Positions 38,397 to 50,611 of a DNA stretch of 64,000 nucleotides are shown here, one piece after another. A program made the translations under genes and the position numbers. The notes under the pieces are model-generated. The model had not been told where the DNA came from. It did not search any database and worked only from the letters and a program-made list of their open reading frames with translations. The number at the start of each line of letters is the position of its first letter. Position 1 is the stretch's first letter. This DNA is from Takakia lepidozioides (Eukaryota; Plantae; Bryophyta), in the NCBI GenBank assembly GCA_030704615.1, contig CM060731.1, forward strand, positions 72,974,001 through 73,038,000. The letters run 5' to 3'.

Positions 38397-41300
38397 ATGG
38401 AGAGCTTGATAGGTCTGGTGAATAGGATTCAGAGAGCGTGCACAGTGCTCGGGGATTATGGAGGGGACAGTGCGCTCCCTACTTTGTGGGAGTCCTTGCC
38501 TTCTGTTGTCGTGGTTGGAGGTCAGGTATGTTGAGTTTGTCAATTGGAGGATGCCGTTGATTCCTGATAAGATGCCAATTCTATGATTGTTCCTGTTGAA
38601 TGGTCGAGTTTAATCTGTCTTTCATCTGGAACATCACATCATGAGCTTGTGTTGCAGCATTGGATCGTTTTAGACTTGGATTCTGATGTCTGCTGCTTCA
38701 GAACTTCCACGTAATTACTGAATTTCGTCGCCCTGTCGCAGAGCTCAGGTAAGTCATCAGTATTGGAGAGCATTGTGGGAAGAGATTTTCTACCTCGCGG
38801 CTCAGGTGAAGCATCATTCTTTCAGACGGTTTGTGTACTAAATTATATATAGTGTATACCAGTTTGTGATTCTACCCGGAGCTGGACCTTTGATTCTAAA
38901 TAACCGCAACTCACCCCTGCTTGCCTCGTGCAACCTGGTGTTGCAGGAATTGTGACAAGGCGCCCACTTGTACTTCAATTGCACAAGACGGAGGAAGGAG
39001 AGGAGTATGTCGAATTTCTCCATCTTCCTCAGAAGAAATTCATGGATTTTGGTAAGCTAGTATGCAATTACGATTGGTCCGTATGGGATTCCGTATTTCC
39101 CCCCCTCCTTTTTGCTGATAAGGGAAGCTTTTGTCGTAAACACCGGGCAAGCATATTAGCCTCACACGTCAAAGAAGGGCTCGGAAACCACAATCACACA
39201 AGGTGGCAAAGAATGAACACCCGCTAAATCTGCACAAAGCAACATATTTGGCTTGGGCTAGTAATTGACTAAGAAATGTGTTTAGATTCTTACTAAGAAA
39301 TTATTGACCAAGGTGACCATATATGTATCTACTATTATGGCAGTGTACAATCCAAGCAGTGGGAGGATATTTCCATATTGTCCTGGTGATTCTCAAGGGT
39401 ATGGTGCTATCTTGCAGCTTATGTCCGAACAGAGATCCAGGATGAGACAGATAGATTGACTGGTCGTAACAAGCAGATTTCGCCTGTCCCAATTTATCTC
39501 AGCATCTACTCTCCCCATGGTATGTTTCCAAGGGAACAACTCGCAAGTATGTTTTCGATTGAGAGTAATTTTCCGATATTTTTTCACAGGTCTGATGGGG
39601 AGTGCCTAATTGGCGCCTGCAGACTTGCATATCATTACATATCATGTTACTGATCTCTTTCTTGAATTATGTGACGACAGTTGTGAATTTGACTCTCATT
39701 GACTTACCAGGATTGACAAAGGTTGCTGTTGGTAAGTCCTTTTCCTCATCCTTTATGATACTACCCACAAATTCGTGTTTATGAGGTGTATAGTGTAAGA
39801 GTGATACATTCAAAGATGTCGGAAGGGAACCATTTGGATTAAGTATGGCAATTGGCTTTTCTACATCAGAGTCTGTTGGTTCATTTGTTGGAGTGGATTC
39901 TGGGAACTATTTGAATGACTGAAGCCTTGAGAAAAATAACTCTGGGGAGGCCCCAAATCTTTGGACTGCCACCTGGAAGAATCGTTGGAAGGTTTCAGTG
40001 CTTTTCTAGGGGAAGTGTAACTACGTATTTTTAAAACTGTAAAACTGGCGCAAAGATGGCATATTTGTTGATTGATTTGTGATTTTGGGCTTTCAACAGA
40101 GGGGCAACCGGATAGCATTGTTGAAGATATTGAGAACATGGTTCGGTCATATGTTGAGAAGGTGTTTCCTCCCTCACTTCACTGATTAGATTTTTTTTCA
40201 GTGTCAGGGTAAAAGCCAAGGATTATCTTCTGTTTCCATGCAATTCTAGTTTGATTTGAACATGCATGGAGATGGAGTTAAAATATTGGTCCTATTTTGT
40301 GCTAGATTCTTCTCTCTGTCCATGCCAAATTATGTGATTGTCTGGTGGGCACAGCCAAACTCCCTCATACTGGCCATCTCTCCTGCCAATCAAGATATTG
40401 CCACATCAGATGCTATTAAGCTTGCCTGCGAAGTAGACCCTGGAGGTATGTTTTCTTCAGCTTTATGTACAGCAATTTATCTATGGGCTGTGGAGGGTTC
40501 TACTTCTTACTGGTAAGTAAGACTATTTCCAGATGTTATGAAGCATTGGCATGCTGTGCAGTTTGAGCCCTGGGAGGTTTTCTGTCACCTCCCAATTTTT
40601 GATAATTGTGGCTTATTTCGGTTGATCAATATGGTAGGTGAGCGGACATTTGGAGTCCTGACAAAGCTTGATCTAATGGACAAGGGCACCAATGCTCTTG
40701 ATGTAAGTAGCAGCTATGGCCTATATATGCAGGGATCTATGGTTATGAGCACCTGTCTTTTGGGATACCTGGATTTAGGTGAGATAGATTCATGAGTGTT
40801 CGCATGACCGACTGTAGCTGGTTGTCATACAAGTGAATCAATCTTTGTCAATCTTGGGCATAAACCCTGTGACATGAGAGGAAAGAGAGAGAGGGGTTTA
40901 GCTTTTAACATGACTCTATGTGTGACTGTATGTGCAGGTATTGGAAGGGCGGGCATATCGATTAGTAAATCCCTGGGTTGGAGTAGTGAATCGATCACAA
41001 GCAGATATCAACAGAAATGTTGATATGATAGCAGCTAGGCACAGGGAGCGGGAGTACTTCCAAGGCAGTATGGACTACAGGCATCTGAGCAGCCGGATGG
41101 GTTCCGAGTACCTTGGAAGGCTTCTTTCGAAGGTGATGAAATTTCTTCTGCAATATACCTTTTGGCATCAAATTTGGCAAATCTCAATTCCGATGGGTAT
41201 GGTCTAGCTATCTGTTTGATCTCTGCTTTGTCAATGATTACAGGTGCAGTTTGGTGAGCTCACTGTGACATTGTATGGTGCCTATGTTTTGTGAACAGCA

Positions 41301-43592
41301 TTTGGAAGCTGTCATCAGGGCCCGCATACCAAGCATTCAGGCTCTCATTAATAACACTATAGATGTGCTGGAGACAGAAATGAACCAGCTTGGGAGGCCA
41401 ATTGCTGTTGACCCTGGGGTAAGCCTCTGAGTAAGGTAGGGAGAGATGACCCTAACTGCAAATTGTGGGCAGATGTTGTTTGTTTGTTTGAGTTCTCTAT
41501 TCTCCTTCGAATTGTACTGGAGATCTGTGTGCTTTGATTATTCGTAAGTGGATCTATGGTTGTGCAGGCTCAACTGTATACCATTTTGGAAATCTGCAGA
41601 GCATTTGACCATGTCTTCAAAGATCATTTGGATGGAGGGTAAGTCTGTTCGCGATATGGGCCTCTGGTCTGGTCCACTCCTTACTGTTATAGCCCTGACT
41701 TGCTGTTTTAATTGTAGTGCGGAATGGTTTCATAGGATCACAATCTCCTGTGTTGGAGTATGCAGGCAAGAGCACCGACCTGGAATTTTTATTCATCGAA
41801 CCTTGCAGGTGTCCTGGTGGTGAACGCATATTTGGGGTTTTTGACAACCAACTGCCCGCAGCACTAAAGAAGCTGCCATTTGATAGGCTACTCTCCATGC
41901 AAAATGTGCGCAAGGTGGTTTCTGAGGCTGATGGGTATCAACCGCACTTGATTGCACCTGAGCATGGTTATAGGCGCCTTATTGAGAGTTCTTTGCATCT
42001 CCTTCGAGGGCCAACTGAAGCTGTCGTTGATGCGGTGGGTCATGTCTACAGTCACTTTCGCTCTTGTGACAGATGCCTAAAATGAGGTGGGACTGTAGAT
42101 GTAGCATGATGTTGTATGAGGTAATTTAGTGGATAAAATAGTTTAAAATAACCACGTTTTCTCTGGTGCTGTAAGAATTTAGCTGAAGAGTTTCTGGGCG
42201 ATTTGCATTCACATATTTATCCATGTTTGTGCCCTTGATCCAGAAGGGCTTGTATGTAGGGTGAGTGAGACTCGAAGCAAAGTCTCCAGAAATAATCTCT
42301 TATTTCTCACAAGAGGTCGATGGTGTAATTGTTTAGGTGCACTTCATCTTGAGAGACTTGGTTCGCAAGTCAGTTGGTGAGACTCATGTAAGATTTCCCC
42401 CACCCGCTGAGCTACCTTAGAAGATTTTGTTATCCTGAGGGGTTACAGAAATAGGTTAATAACAAGTGAACTCTGATGGCCCCATTTCCTGGCAACCACG
42501 CCAGTCTCCCTACAGATCCTTGATGTATGGAAGGGTCTCTCTGCCTATTCCATTAGAGTTACGTTAACAAATCGGTAGATTTCTATTGCGCATGCACTAA
42601 GAGTGGTTCTCAGTTTTCCAGTTTGCTAAGGTGCTTTTTAGGACATTTGTGGCACAAATATGGACTGAACTGCCCTTGGGTTGGGATTGTGTGTTCATGG
42701 TACAATGATCAACATATGATGTTTGAAGCATGACACTGTTGCTGGAATCCGTAGGAGCTGAAGCGGTTTCCCTCATTGCAAGGAGAATTGGCAGCTGCAG
42801 CAACAGAGGCATTGGAGAAGTTCTGTGATGATAGCAAGAAGACAGCATTGAGATTAGTGGAGATGGAGCAGAGCTATTTGACTGTCGATTTTTTTTAAAA
42901 ACTTCCTCAAGAAGTGGAGAAAGTCGGAAACCCTGCATCCTCTGCACTGGATCGCTACTCTGATGCTCACTTGCGACGAATTGGTGTGAATGGATATTCT
43001 AAACGTGGTTGCACCTTTATAGTACCTGGTTGTGTCAATAGTTATGAGTGGTTTTGAGTTTGGCTGTCCGTAATTCAGATGTATACGACAAGCTGTATGT
43101 GAATCAAATTTTGTCAACACTATGCAAATGATTATCTAACAGAATCTGCAATCGTAATATGAGAGATTGTTCATGAACTGACGCAGGATCAAATGTGTCT
43201 TCCTACGTTGGAATGGTTTGTGACCTATTGAAAAACTCCATTCCGAAAGCAGTGGTTCACTGCCAAGTGCGAGAGACGAAATGTTCTCTGCTCAACACTT
43301 TTTACACACAAGTTGGCAAGAGAGAGGTGTGAAGTCATTTTTGCATTCTTTCTATAAGCTGCATGGTCTCCACCTATTTTGTATGTGAGGTTTTACTGAC
43401 CCAGTTGATTGGTATGTTCCTGTAGCTTCATCCCTCGAACATTGGATTCTCTTCTTCACATTATCCTCATGTTTGGAAAAACAGGGCAAGCAGCTAGCTG
43501 CATTGATGGGGCAGAGAGAGGCATGCGCAAAGAGGTTGGAACTGTACAAAAGTTCACGTGATGAGATTGATGCAGTCGCCTGGGCAAAGTGA
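38397..43592 (+). pseudogene. DRP1: Dynamin-related protein 1 (phragmoplastin family), full exon set but with a premature stop
   Basis: [20 protein letters not shown]...VVGGQ/SSGKSS, DLPG, TKLD ...EIDAVAWAK*. In-frame TAA at 42896-42898 (TVDFF*KLPQE), short deletion in the last exon, several substitutions at conserved sites. Confidence 0.88.
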
Positions 43593-43856
43593 AATTGTCG
43601 ACAAAATGTTAAGATTTTCTGGATTGGCTAGACTTCTGTACAGCATTTGAGTGAAAGGATTTGGATGGAAGGGTTCTTTCTTCTAAGCAGCATGGATGTG
43701 TGTCACCCCTCCTTTATAGGGGCATCATAGGGGTGTTCATTGTAGATAAACAAGGTGGAACGTTTCCTTGGGTTGTCATTGCTCAACTCGAACAGGGATA
43801 AAATGCCATGTTGAAAGCCATCCATCCATTTAACTACTCTTGAAAAGCAGGGGCAG

Positions 43857-45270
43857 ATGACTATGATGTGGGGCCACAGAGTTTGTCCTTCTCTCTGCCA
43901 TATTTCTATAATCTCTTTGTCCGCACACGGTTATCTGGCTGGGATTCTGCACCTCGTTCTGATTTGCTACAGCAGAAAATTACACCACAGGTCTCCCCAA
44001 AATTGGCAGTCACAGACCTCTTGCTTGGATGCATTAGAGAACAGAAAAACTAGAGTTGGATGGCGGCGCAGGTAGGCATCTCCTAGGCGCAGAGCTAGGG
44101 ATCTCATCCTGACAAATTGGTAACAGATGTTGGGGAGCGTACTGTGATATCAGTTCAGGCAGGGGCGGGGGGAAGAAGGATTTGGGATATACAAAAGGAT
44201 CCAAAAAATACATGACAATCTTTCCTACAAAAACCAGTGAAATTTCTGTTGCATGTGAAAATGTCAGACCATATTTGGGCTTTCCAGATTCTCATGCTCG
44301 TATGTGCGAGCAAATAAACAGTACCAATCGACTGCATTCATCAAGTACACAGAATTCTTCTATTGTACGTGTGCATCATCACCAGGTTTTGCCTATGTGG
44401 CGCTCAGTCTATGGCTTGTTGCCCTTTTTTATATGCTGGGAAACACGGCAGCGGATTACTTTTGTTGCTCTTTGGAGAAGCTCTCAAATCTGATGCATCT
44501 GTCACCCACAGTTGCTGGGGTGTCGCTCCTTCCCTTTGGAAATGGGGCTCCTGATGTGTTTTCAAGTATTGTGGCATAGCCAGGTAAATCGCCAGATTGA
44601 TGTGTGTGATTTCTTAAAAGTCTTTAAATAGTTCCAGGATAGTATGTTTGTGCTTTTTATGCAAGTTGGTCACTTGTTGCACTCATCTTCCTGGCTGTAG
44701 TCAGGCAGCAGTGCGTGAATGTGACACAGAGAGTTAAAATATAATTCTGATATGTACAGCAAGGCTCATGGGCCCTAAAATTGAGATTACAGAAAAATTA
44801 TGTAGGAGTATTCTTTTGTATTCTGAAGATGCAACATTCAGAAAAGAAATCCTAAAGAGAAAGTTGGATGGGTGTCAAAACATTCAGGCGTCTTCACACA
44901 GAGTTTGGAATTGATTTGACCTAACATCTGCTACATAATGCATTATGGAATTTGATTCTTCAGGTAGGGCTAATAGTGTGCTGGGGGGTGCGGTCTTTGT
45001 CACATCAGTCGTGGCCGGCGCAGTGAATCTGGCAGTGTCAAGCTCCCAGGCAGAGGGCCAAATACTGCTGGATTGCTGCTGCTTTTTGAGAGATGTTGGA
45101 TTTTTCTTGGTCTCTTTTAGTGGCTCTCTGCTGCATTCTTTTTGCTGGAAAAATATATTTTTGGGGAGTTGTTCACAGTTGTGGTGGTGGTCATTGAGTG
45201 TGCGAAGACGCTTGCCTACAAAAGCTGCCAAGGGCAGGCTTTACAGCCGTTTCTTGCAAGTATGAAAATT

Positions 45271-45306
<36 letters not shown>

Positions 45307-46560
45307 TTTCTGTGGACGTTTTCTGCCAATGGTGGGGAGGGGGGAACGACCGGAAATCACTAGGAAATTTAGCTCTCTTATACTGCTGTGCGGCTGTTGC
45401 CAAATGTAAATCCATGTGTCAGTTTCAACTTGTCAATATCCTAGCATCTCAAATGAATAATGTCTGCATCTGGTTGGCAGGTTCCCCCCCTTCTTATTCT
45501 GAAAGAGATAAGGAGGCGATGGTAGTGCCATCCACTGCTGCAGCCATCCATCCAAGCCAGGCTCCATTAGACTATGCTGCCGCAGTGGAAGTGGGCACCA
45601 GAGGTTGCCATTTATTCACGCAAGCTTGGCTGCCACATTGGAGAAATGGGTGAACATTTTTGAGACAGCCCCCCGTGCTCTGTGGGGGGTGGCGTGAGCA
45701 GGATGAAGCTGAATTGCGGGTGAGATTCCTTGCCACATGGTAATAGACATTTCCTTCCTTAAGTTTGGTAGTGGGTTCTTATCCCTGTTAGAGGGGTTCT
45801 TGTTAATCAACAAATCTGTCAGTTACTGATCAACATAATGAGCAGAATGAGATTGCCAGACCTCCAGGGCAGGATAAGAAAAGAGGCATATGGAACCTTA
45901 AAGTTGAAACGATGGACTAAGACACATTCCAATGTGTAGTGACTGGAAAGTTCTGAAAGACCTGGTGGATTATATGTCCTCCCCCTGAGCATAGCAGTTT
46001 TGGTGTGGATGACTAAAGTGGGATTGCTTCTTTGAAATAGAAGAATTATTGAGCAAGTTAGTAAGTCAGGGTATTGAATTATGATAGAGATGACAGATTC
46101 AAACTTATAATTGGGAAACCAGATCTTTGCAAAAGAGTGTATGTCTCATTTATCCATTGACTTGCAGGAAGGAAAATGGCTTCAGCGGTTTTGCTTGCAG
46201 ATTGCAGATCTGCCCCTTACCTGCCCTGCGTTGCCTCCAATACCCATTATCAAAGAGTCCCCACAATGGTCTTGCAGTGCCCTTTTGCAATTGCCACTGC
46301 AACATTGTCCCCCAACTCTTTAAGGTTGCAGTGTGGGATAGCAAGGATGGATATCCTATTGGAAGGAGTGTCAAGCTTTGGCATAGTTTTGGGAGCCACA
46401 TTGGGCATTCTTGCATTCTCTTCTACAGTAGATTCTCCTTGCTGTGGGTGACCGGGGGATTCATCATGAGCATTGTGTGACCAGTTTCATGTCATCGCTC
46501 CGGTAGGAGTTATTCTGGAAATTGATGCTGCAATCTTGGGGCTCACTGTTCTGGCATGGG
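43857..46560 (+). pseudogene. Cation/calcium exchanger (CCX) pseudogene
   Basis: [20 protein letters not shown]...[19 protein letters not shown] (alpha-1 repeat), NSVLGGAVFVT, GGFIMSIV*, ILGLTVLAW. Contains stops and frameshifts and is truncated at alpha-2. 5' boundary uncertain. Confidence 0.8.
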
Positions 46561-46623
46561 TTGTTTGCACACAGCCTGTCACAATTAACAGTGGCTTCAG
46601 TCAAAAGTGGTAGTGCCTGAGCA

Positions 46624-48925
46624 ATTAAAATGGTAGTTCTAAACTGTGGAGAAACAGTAGGCCTAGTTTGTTTTCAAGTGAGATGTGCTTGGCTGGTCAT
46701 TGTGTCCTCTGGTTCATCGGCATATATATCCATGTGTCTGTGCACACTGCGTACCTTTCCTTCTTTCCCTGCTGTGCTTGCAGTGCCTTGTCTCTCCGCC
46801 ATGTCAATTGATGTCTCATGTAATGCCTTTCCCCTAATTCAAACAGTTATCTCAGTTGGGATGGCGCAGATCAACACGTTGCCTCAATGGGCTTTTCTAG
46901 GATCTATCACTGAATTCAGAGTGTGTAGGACATCAATAAAGCCAAGAGTGTATCCATCTTCTTGTGGTTGGAGGAATGGCTACTGCCAAATGGTGCTCCA
47001 AAATGGGCCACTCACCAATCTGCAAAGTGTGTAACACGGGCTGAAGAGTTTCTCCAGGCTCATTGCCTTTGGAGTTGCAATGAAACTGCTTGCTCATAAT
47101 CTCATTGCCCCTTTGTGGTATGAATCTTGGGATGAAGCCCTTCTTGGTGTGACAAGGAATTTTGTTGGTTTTGTCAGAGCAAAAGGAAAGGGAAGCAAGT
47201 GAATCACCATTGAGCACCTCTGAGTGAGAGAGAGTGCCATGGATGCGGAGATCAATGAGGAAAGGAACAATGTACATAAGAATTAAACTTCTAACGTCCC
47301 AAGTGGTCTAATTGTTCGAGACTACCTAATTTGCTTGCTAATTATTCACTGTCTGACAGGAAACAGATTAGGCCTCAGTCATCCATGGAAGGTACACTCG
47401 CATAGGAACAAATATCTACTACACGACGGACCCTTGAAACTGGACTTGCAAATCCCTCCTCCATCGCGCACAACTTCATGAACACTCCATGAACAAACTT
47501 TGATTCCCCCACATGTCTTCCACATGTCTGTATAGGTAACCAAGAGTGATAAAACTCGATGTGATCCATGGAAATTACACACGAATCTCATCATTCAAAA
47601 TTACACAGTTAATCTTTTGCAAGACTTTGCAGCCACCGTACTCTTCGATATTCCAAAATAACCTGGTGAGTCTGGACTGTGAACAAGCATCCATGATTCC
47701 TGTAGAATGTCAAATACCAGCGCTTGTGATTTATCGTAGCGCATCAAAACTACGTGATCACCACACACTTTCGCAAGCCAGTAGGGCGACCACCGCAGCG
47801 TGCCAATTTCACGACCAATTGCAAGGAAATCCTGCAGTAGTTGATCATGAATTTTCGGCAACTGCCTCCATTGTTGAGAGGAGATATCGAACTCCCATAA
47901 ACGTGGGGTACCGCTGGTGTCAATCCCAGCTACCAACAAGCGGCCCCGACTTTCCAACAAACATACAACTCTACGTAAGCCATTGGGGATCTGTGTAACC
48001 TCCTCCCACACTTCAGTCCCTAGTGTGTCATAACGAAAGAATCTGTGGTATCCATCTTGAAGTTCACCTTGAACACCGTGGCGAGCAGCATAGGTCATCC
48101 TGTACATCACGTTGCCGCATTTGACGAGAAATGGAGATCCGGAAACCATCAAAGGTCCAGGAATGTTTCGTGTCTCATTCCACGAGTTGGAGATAGAGTC
48201 GTAGGACAAAGTCCTGATCACTCCATCTCCTTCGACGGTAAGCCCAGAATATGCAATTATAAGCTCGTACCCACCGGTACTGCTATCCACCACCAATTTG
48301 CTTAAAACAGTACAACAGCGGATGCTGCCTCGGTAAATTATAGGCACTTTAGGCAGTCGTCTGCAACACTTCAAGATTGGGAATCCCCGTGACAGGTACA
48401 CCTTGATTCCATGGAAAAGAGACCTCCATCTGCAGAATGTAAAGATAATCGACCATATGATGGCACAGCGCCTTGACAATGAAACAAATGAGGTTTAAGG
48501 AATGAGAGGTCCATCTTGTGCAACACGCCCCTTGACGGATCCCAAAACTCCATCACAATAGTATCTGACCGTATGCTATCAGATGCAGCCAAGCAAAAGA
48601 GGAAGAATGGCTCCAATATTTGATCGAGACCGACTTGGTTGCAAAGATGCATAAACGCCGGAGATGCAGGCAGGGATCGCCATCGCTTGCACACCACCCG
48701 TAAGCGGAAGAGATGTGTACAAGGTAAGCGTGCCAACACCCTGTCCAGTATGTCGAACGGTAGCCTACTCCACACCTCCTTGTCCATCACCATGACCCAC
48801 CGCTGGATCAGCACTATAGAGACAAAGACAAAATGCGCTGGGACATGTGATAAGCCTTGTACGTAGAATGAGACTCTCCCGCCAACCCTCGAAGCAGCGC
48901 ACGGAAGAGTGAGATGACAGAATTT
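46624..48925. repeat. Segmental duplication, copy A (partner about 50612-52985)
   Basis: Both copies begin attaaaatggtagttctaaactgtggagaaacagtag and stay colinear to gaagcagcgcacg...gagtgagatgaca. Confidence 0.92.
47601..48795 (-). pseudogene. F-box protein (F-box plus kelch/FBA-like C-terminus), copy A, frameshifted
   Basis: MDKEVWSRLPFDILDRVLARLP...LRVVCKRWRSL. A deletion near 48385 relative to copy B shifts the frame. Confidence 0.85.
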
Positions 48926-49095
48926 TGTGTGCCCACCACGTCATCGTTTTCCACGTCATCATTTTCATGACACATCGTTGTCGTCATGCCACATCATCGT
49001 CGTCAATGTTTTTGGAACCTGCCCGAAAAGAATAACTTCTTGAGCTGTCTGAAGATTTTGGAACTGGCTAAACGGATTTTTATGCTTAATTTAGC

Positions 49096-49990
49096 TCAAG
49101 ACCGGGCCATCAAAATCCATTGGTCGTGAGCAACAGATTGAGTGCAATGACCACAGGTAGACGATATGTCTACAGCCAGACGTTGAATCTTTTCTAGAAG
49201 TAATGCATCTACCTTCATGCACAGCTCCCTTATGATAACTGCAATGCGCGCAGGAGCTTTAAATTGTAACCAATCATCAACTGTAACTATATGTCTTTCA
49301 TGCTTCACCTTCATTTCATCACCAAAGAAAAGCAAAGCATAAGCCGGCACCATGGTACTCTCTCTCAGAAACACCTTTGAAGTTCTCACTTTCTCTTTAT
49401 GAACAAGCCGGGGACTTTCATAATATCCAACAGAGAAATTCACGCTTGCTGGATGTAAAAATACCCGCCCATCTTCCTTCATGAACAATCGAAGCTCATG
49501 GGCAGCGACTGTTTTTCAATCAAGGCTTTCACCACACGGAAGGTGTTTGCATTTGCATGAAACGGGCTTGCTGCAAGGTTGTAGTTTCTTCCATGATCTT
49601 TCACCAATGACTTCCCACTGGCAGTGACTCCTGGAAGAAATCCAAGATCTACCAGAATGCTTAGGTACTTAGACCGGCTAGCTTCAATAGCAGACAACGT
49701 TCTCCCTTGACAAGAAATTTTGGGCACAATACTCACTCTCGACATTCCATCTTGGCTTCCACTCACCCATCCATTATACGCAACTACTACAGCCATATGG
49801 TCATTCTTGCTATTTCCTGCAAGAGCAGTAGCATCTTCCTCACGTCATTCTATTGGAGAGAAAAAAGGGGAACGCCCACTGAGAGAGGCTGCAATAGTGA
49901 GCATAGGATCAAAGCACCTCAGCAGCAAGCGAGGATCAACAGCTTGCCTATCCGTGCATCCGTGCCAAGTGTTGACCTAAGGGGGTAAGT
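49096..49990 (-). pseudogene. DEAH-box RNA helicase C-terminal fragment (HA2/OB-fold, DHX36/DHX57-like)
   Basis: PLGQHLARM..., DPMLTIAASLSGRSPFFSP, DHMAVVVAYNGW, VFLHPASVNF, EKVRTSKVFLRESTMVPAYALLFFG. Frameshifted, no helicase core. Confidence 0.8.
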
Positions 49991-50611
49991 GCGTTTAGGT
50001 CTTGCAAGCTCTTGAGGGATGACCTAATAGCCTCAGAGGAAGATGGTATTAACATCCAGGCTAGAGTCGACACTAGATGTGTGGCACGCCTATAATCAGC
50101 AATCTTTGCCTTCATGATCAGCAATCTGGCTTCACAAGTTTGCTTGAAGCTGCACTAACAGCTGAGGTTAAATGATTACTAAGATGCATACAGTTGGGTT
50201 CCAACTTCTCCAAGAACTTCCAGCTTCTTCGTAAACAGAATCAGTACTGGAGATTTGGCATGAGGCTGAGGGGAAAACTTATGTTGAATCAAATGGCCCC
50301 AAAATTTGTATCTTTCAGTTTGACTTGCTCATTATCTCCCAATCCAAATGGTGGTGCCACCAGGATATTAGGATTAAGGTGATGTTGCTTCCATAGGAAA
50401 AACTACACTTGCTAAGTTGGCTGCAGCTTTTTGCAGGGGCAGGTGTCTAGACTGACAGGGCTCTCTGGACGTTAGCTCTGACACATAGTTGTGAGTATGG
50501 CTCAAGCAAAACATGAACAAAAAACTGCACAAGCTGCTGGGCTCGCAACGCTCAAGCCTTCCTGCCAAGCTTTCCCTTTCCTCCTTTATGAAGTCCAGAG
50601 GCCATGCTACC

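Noticed and set aside
46630-47594. Short ORFs shared by both duplicated blocks
   Set aside because: Frames are not preserved between copies; probably UTR or intergenic sequence.
50000-50610. Possible further gene fragment on the minus strand
   Set aside because: Short broken frames that I cannot assign to any family.
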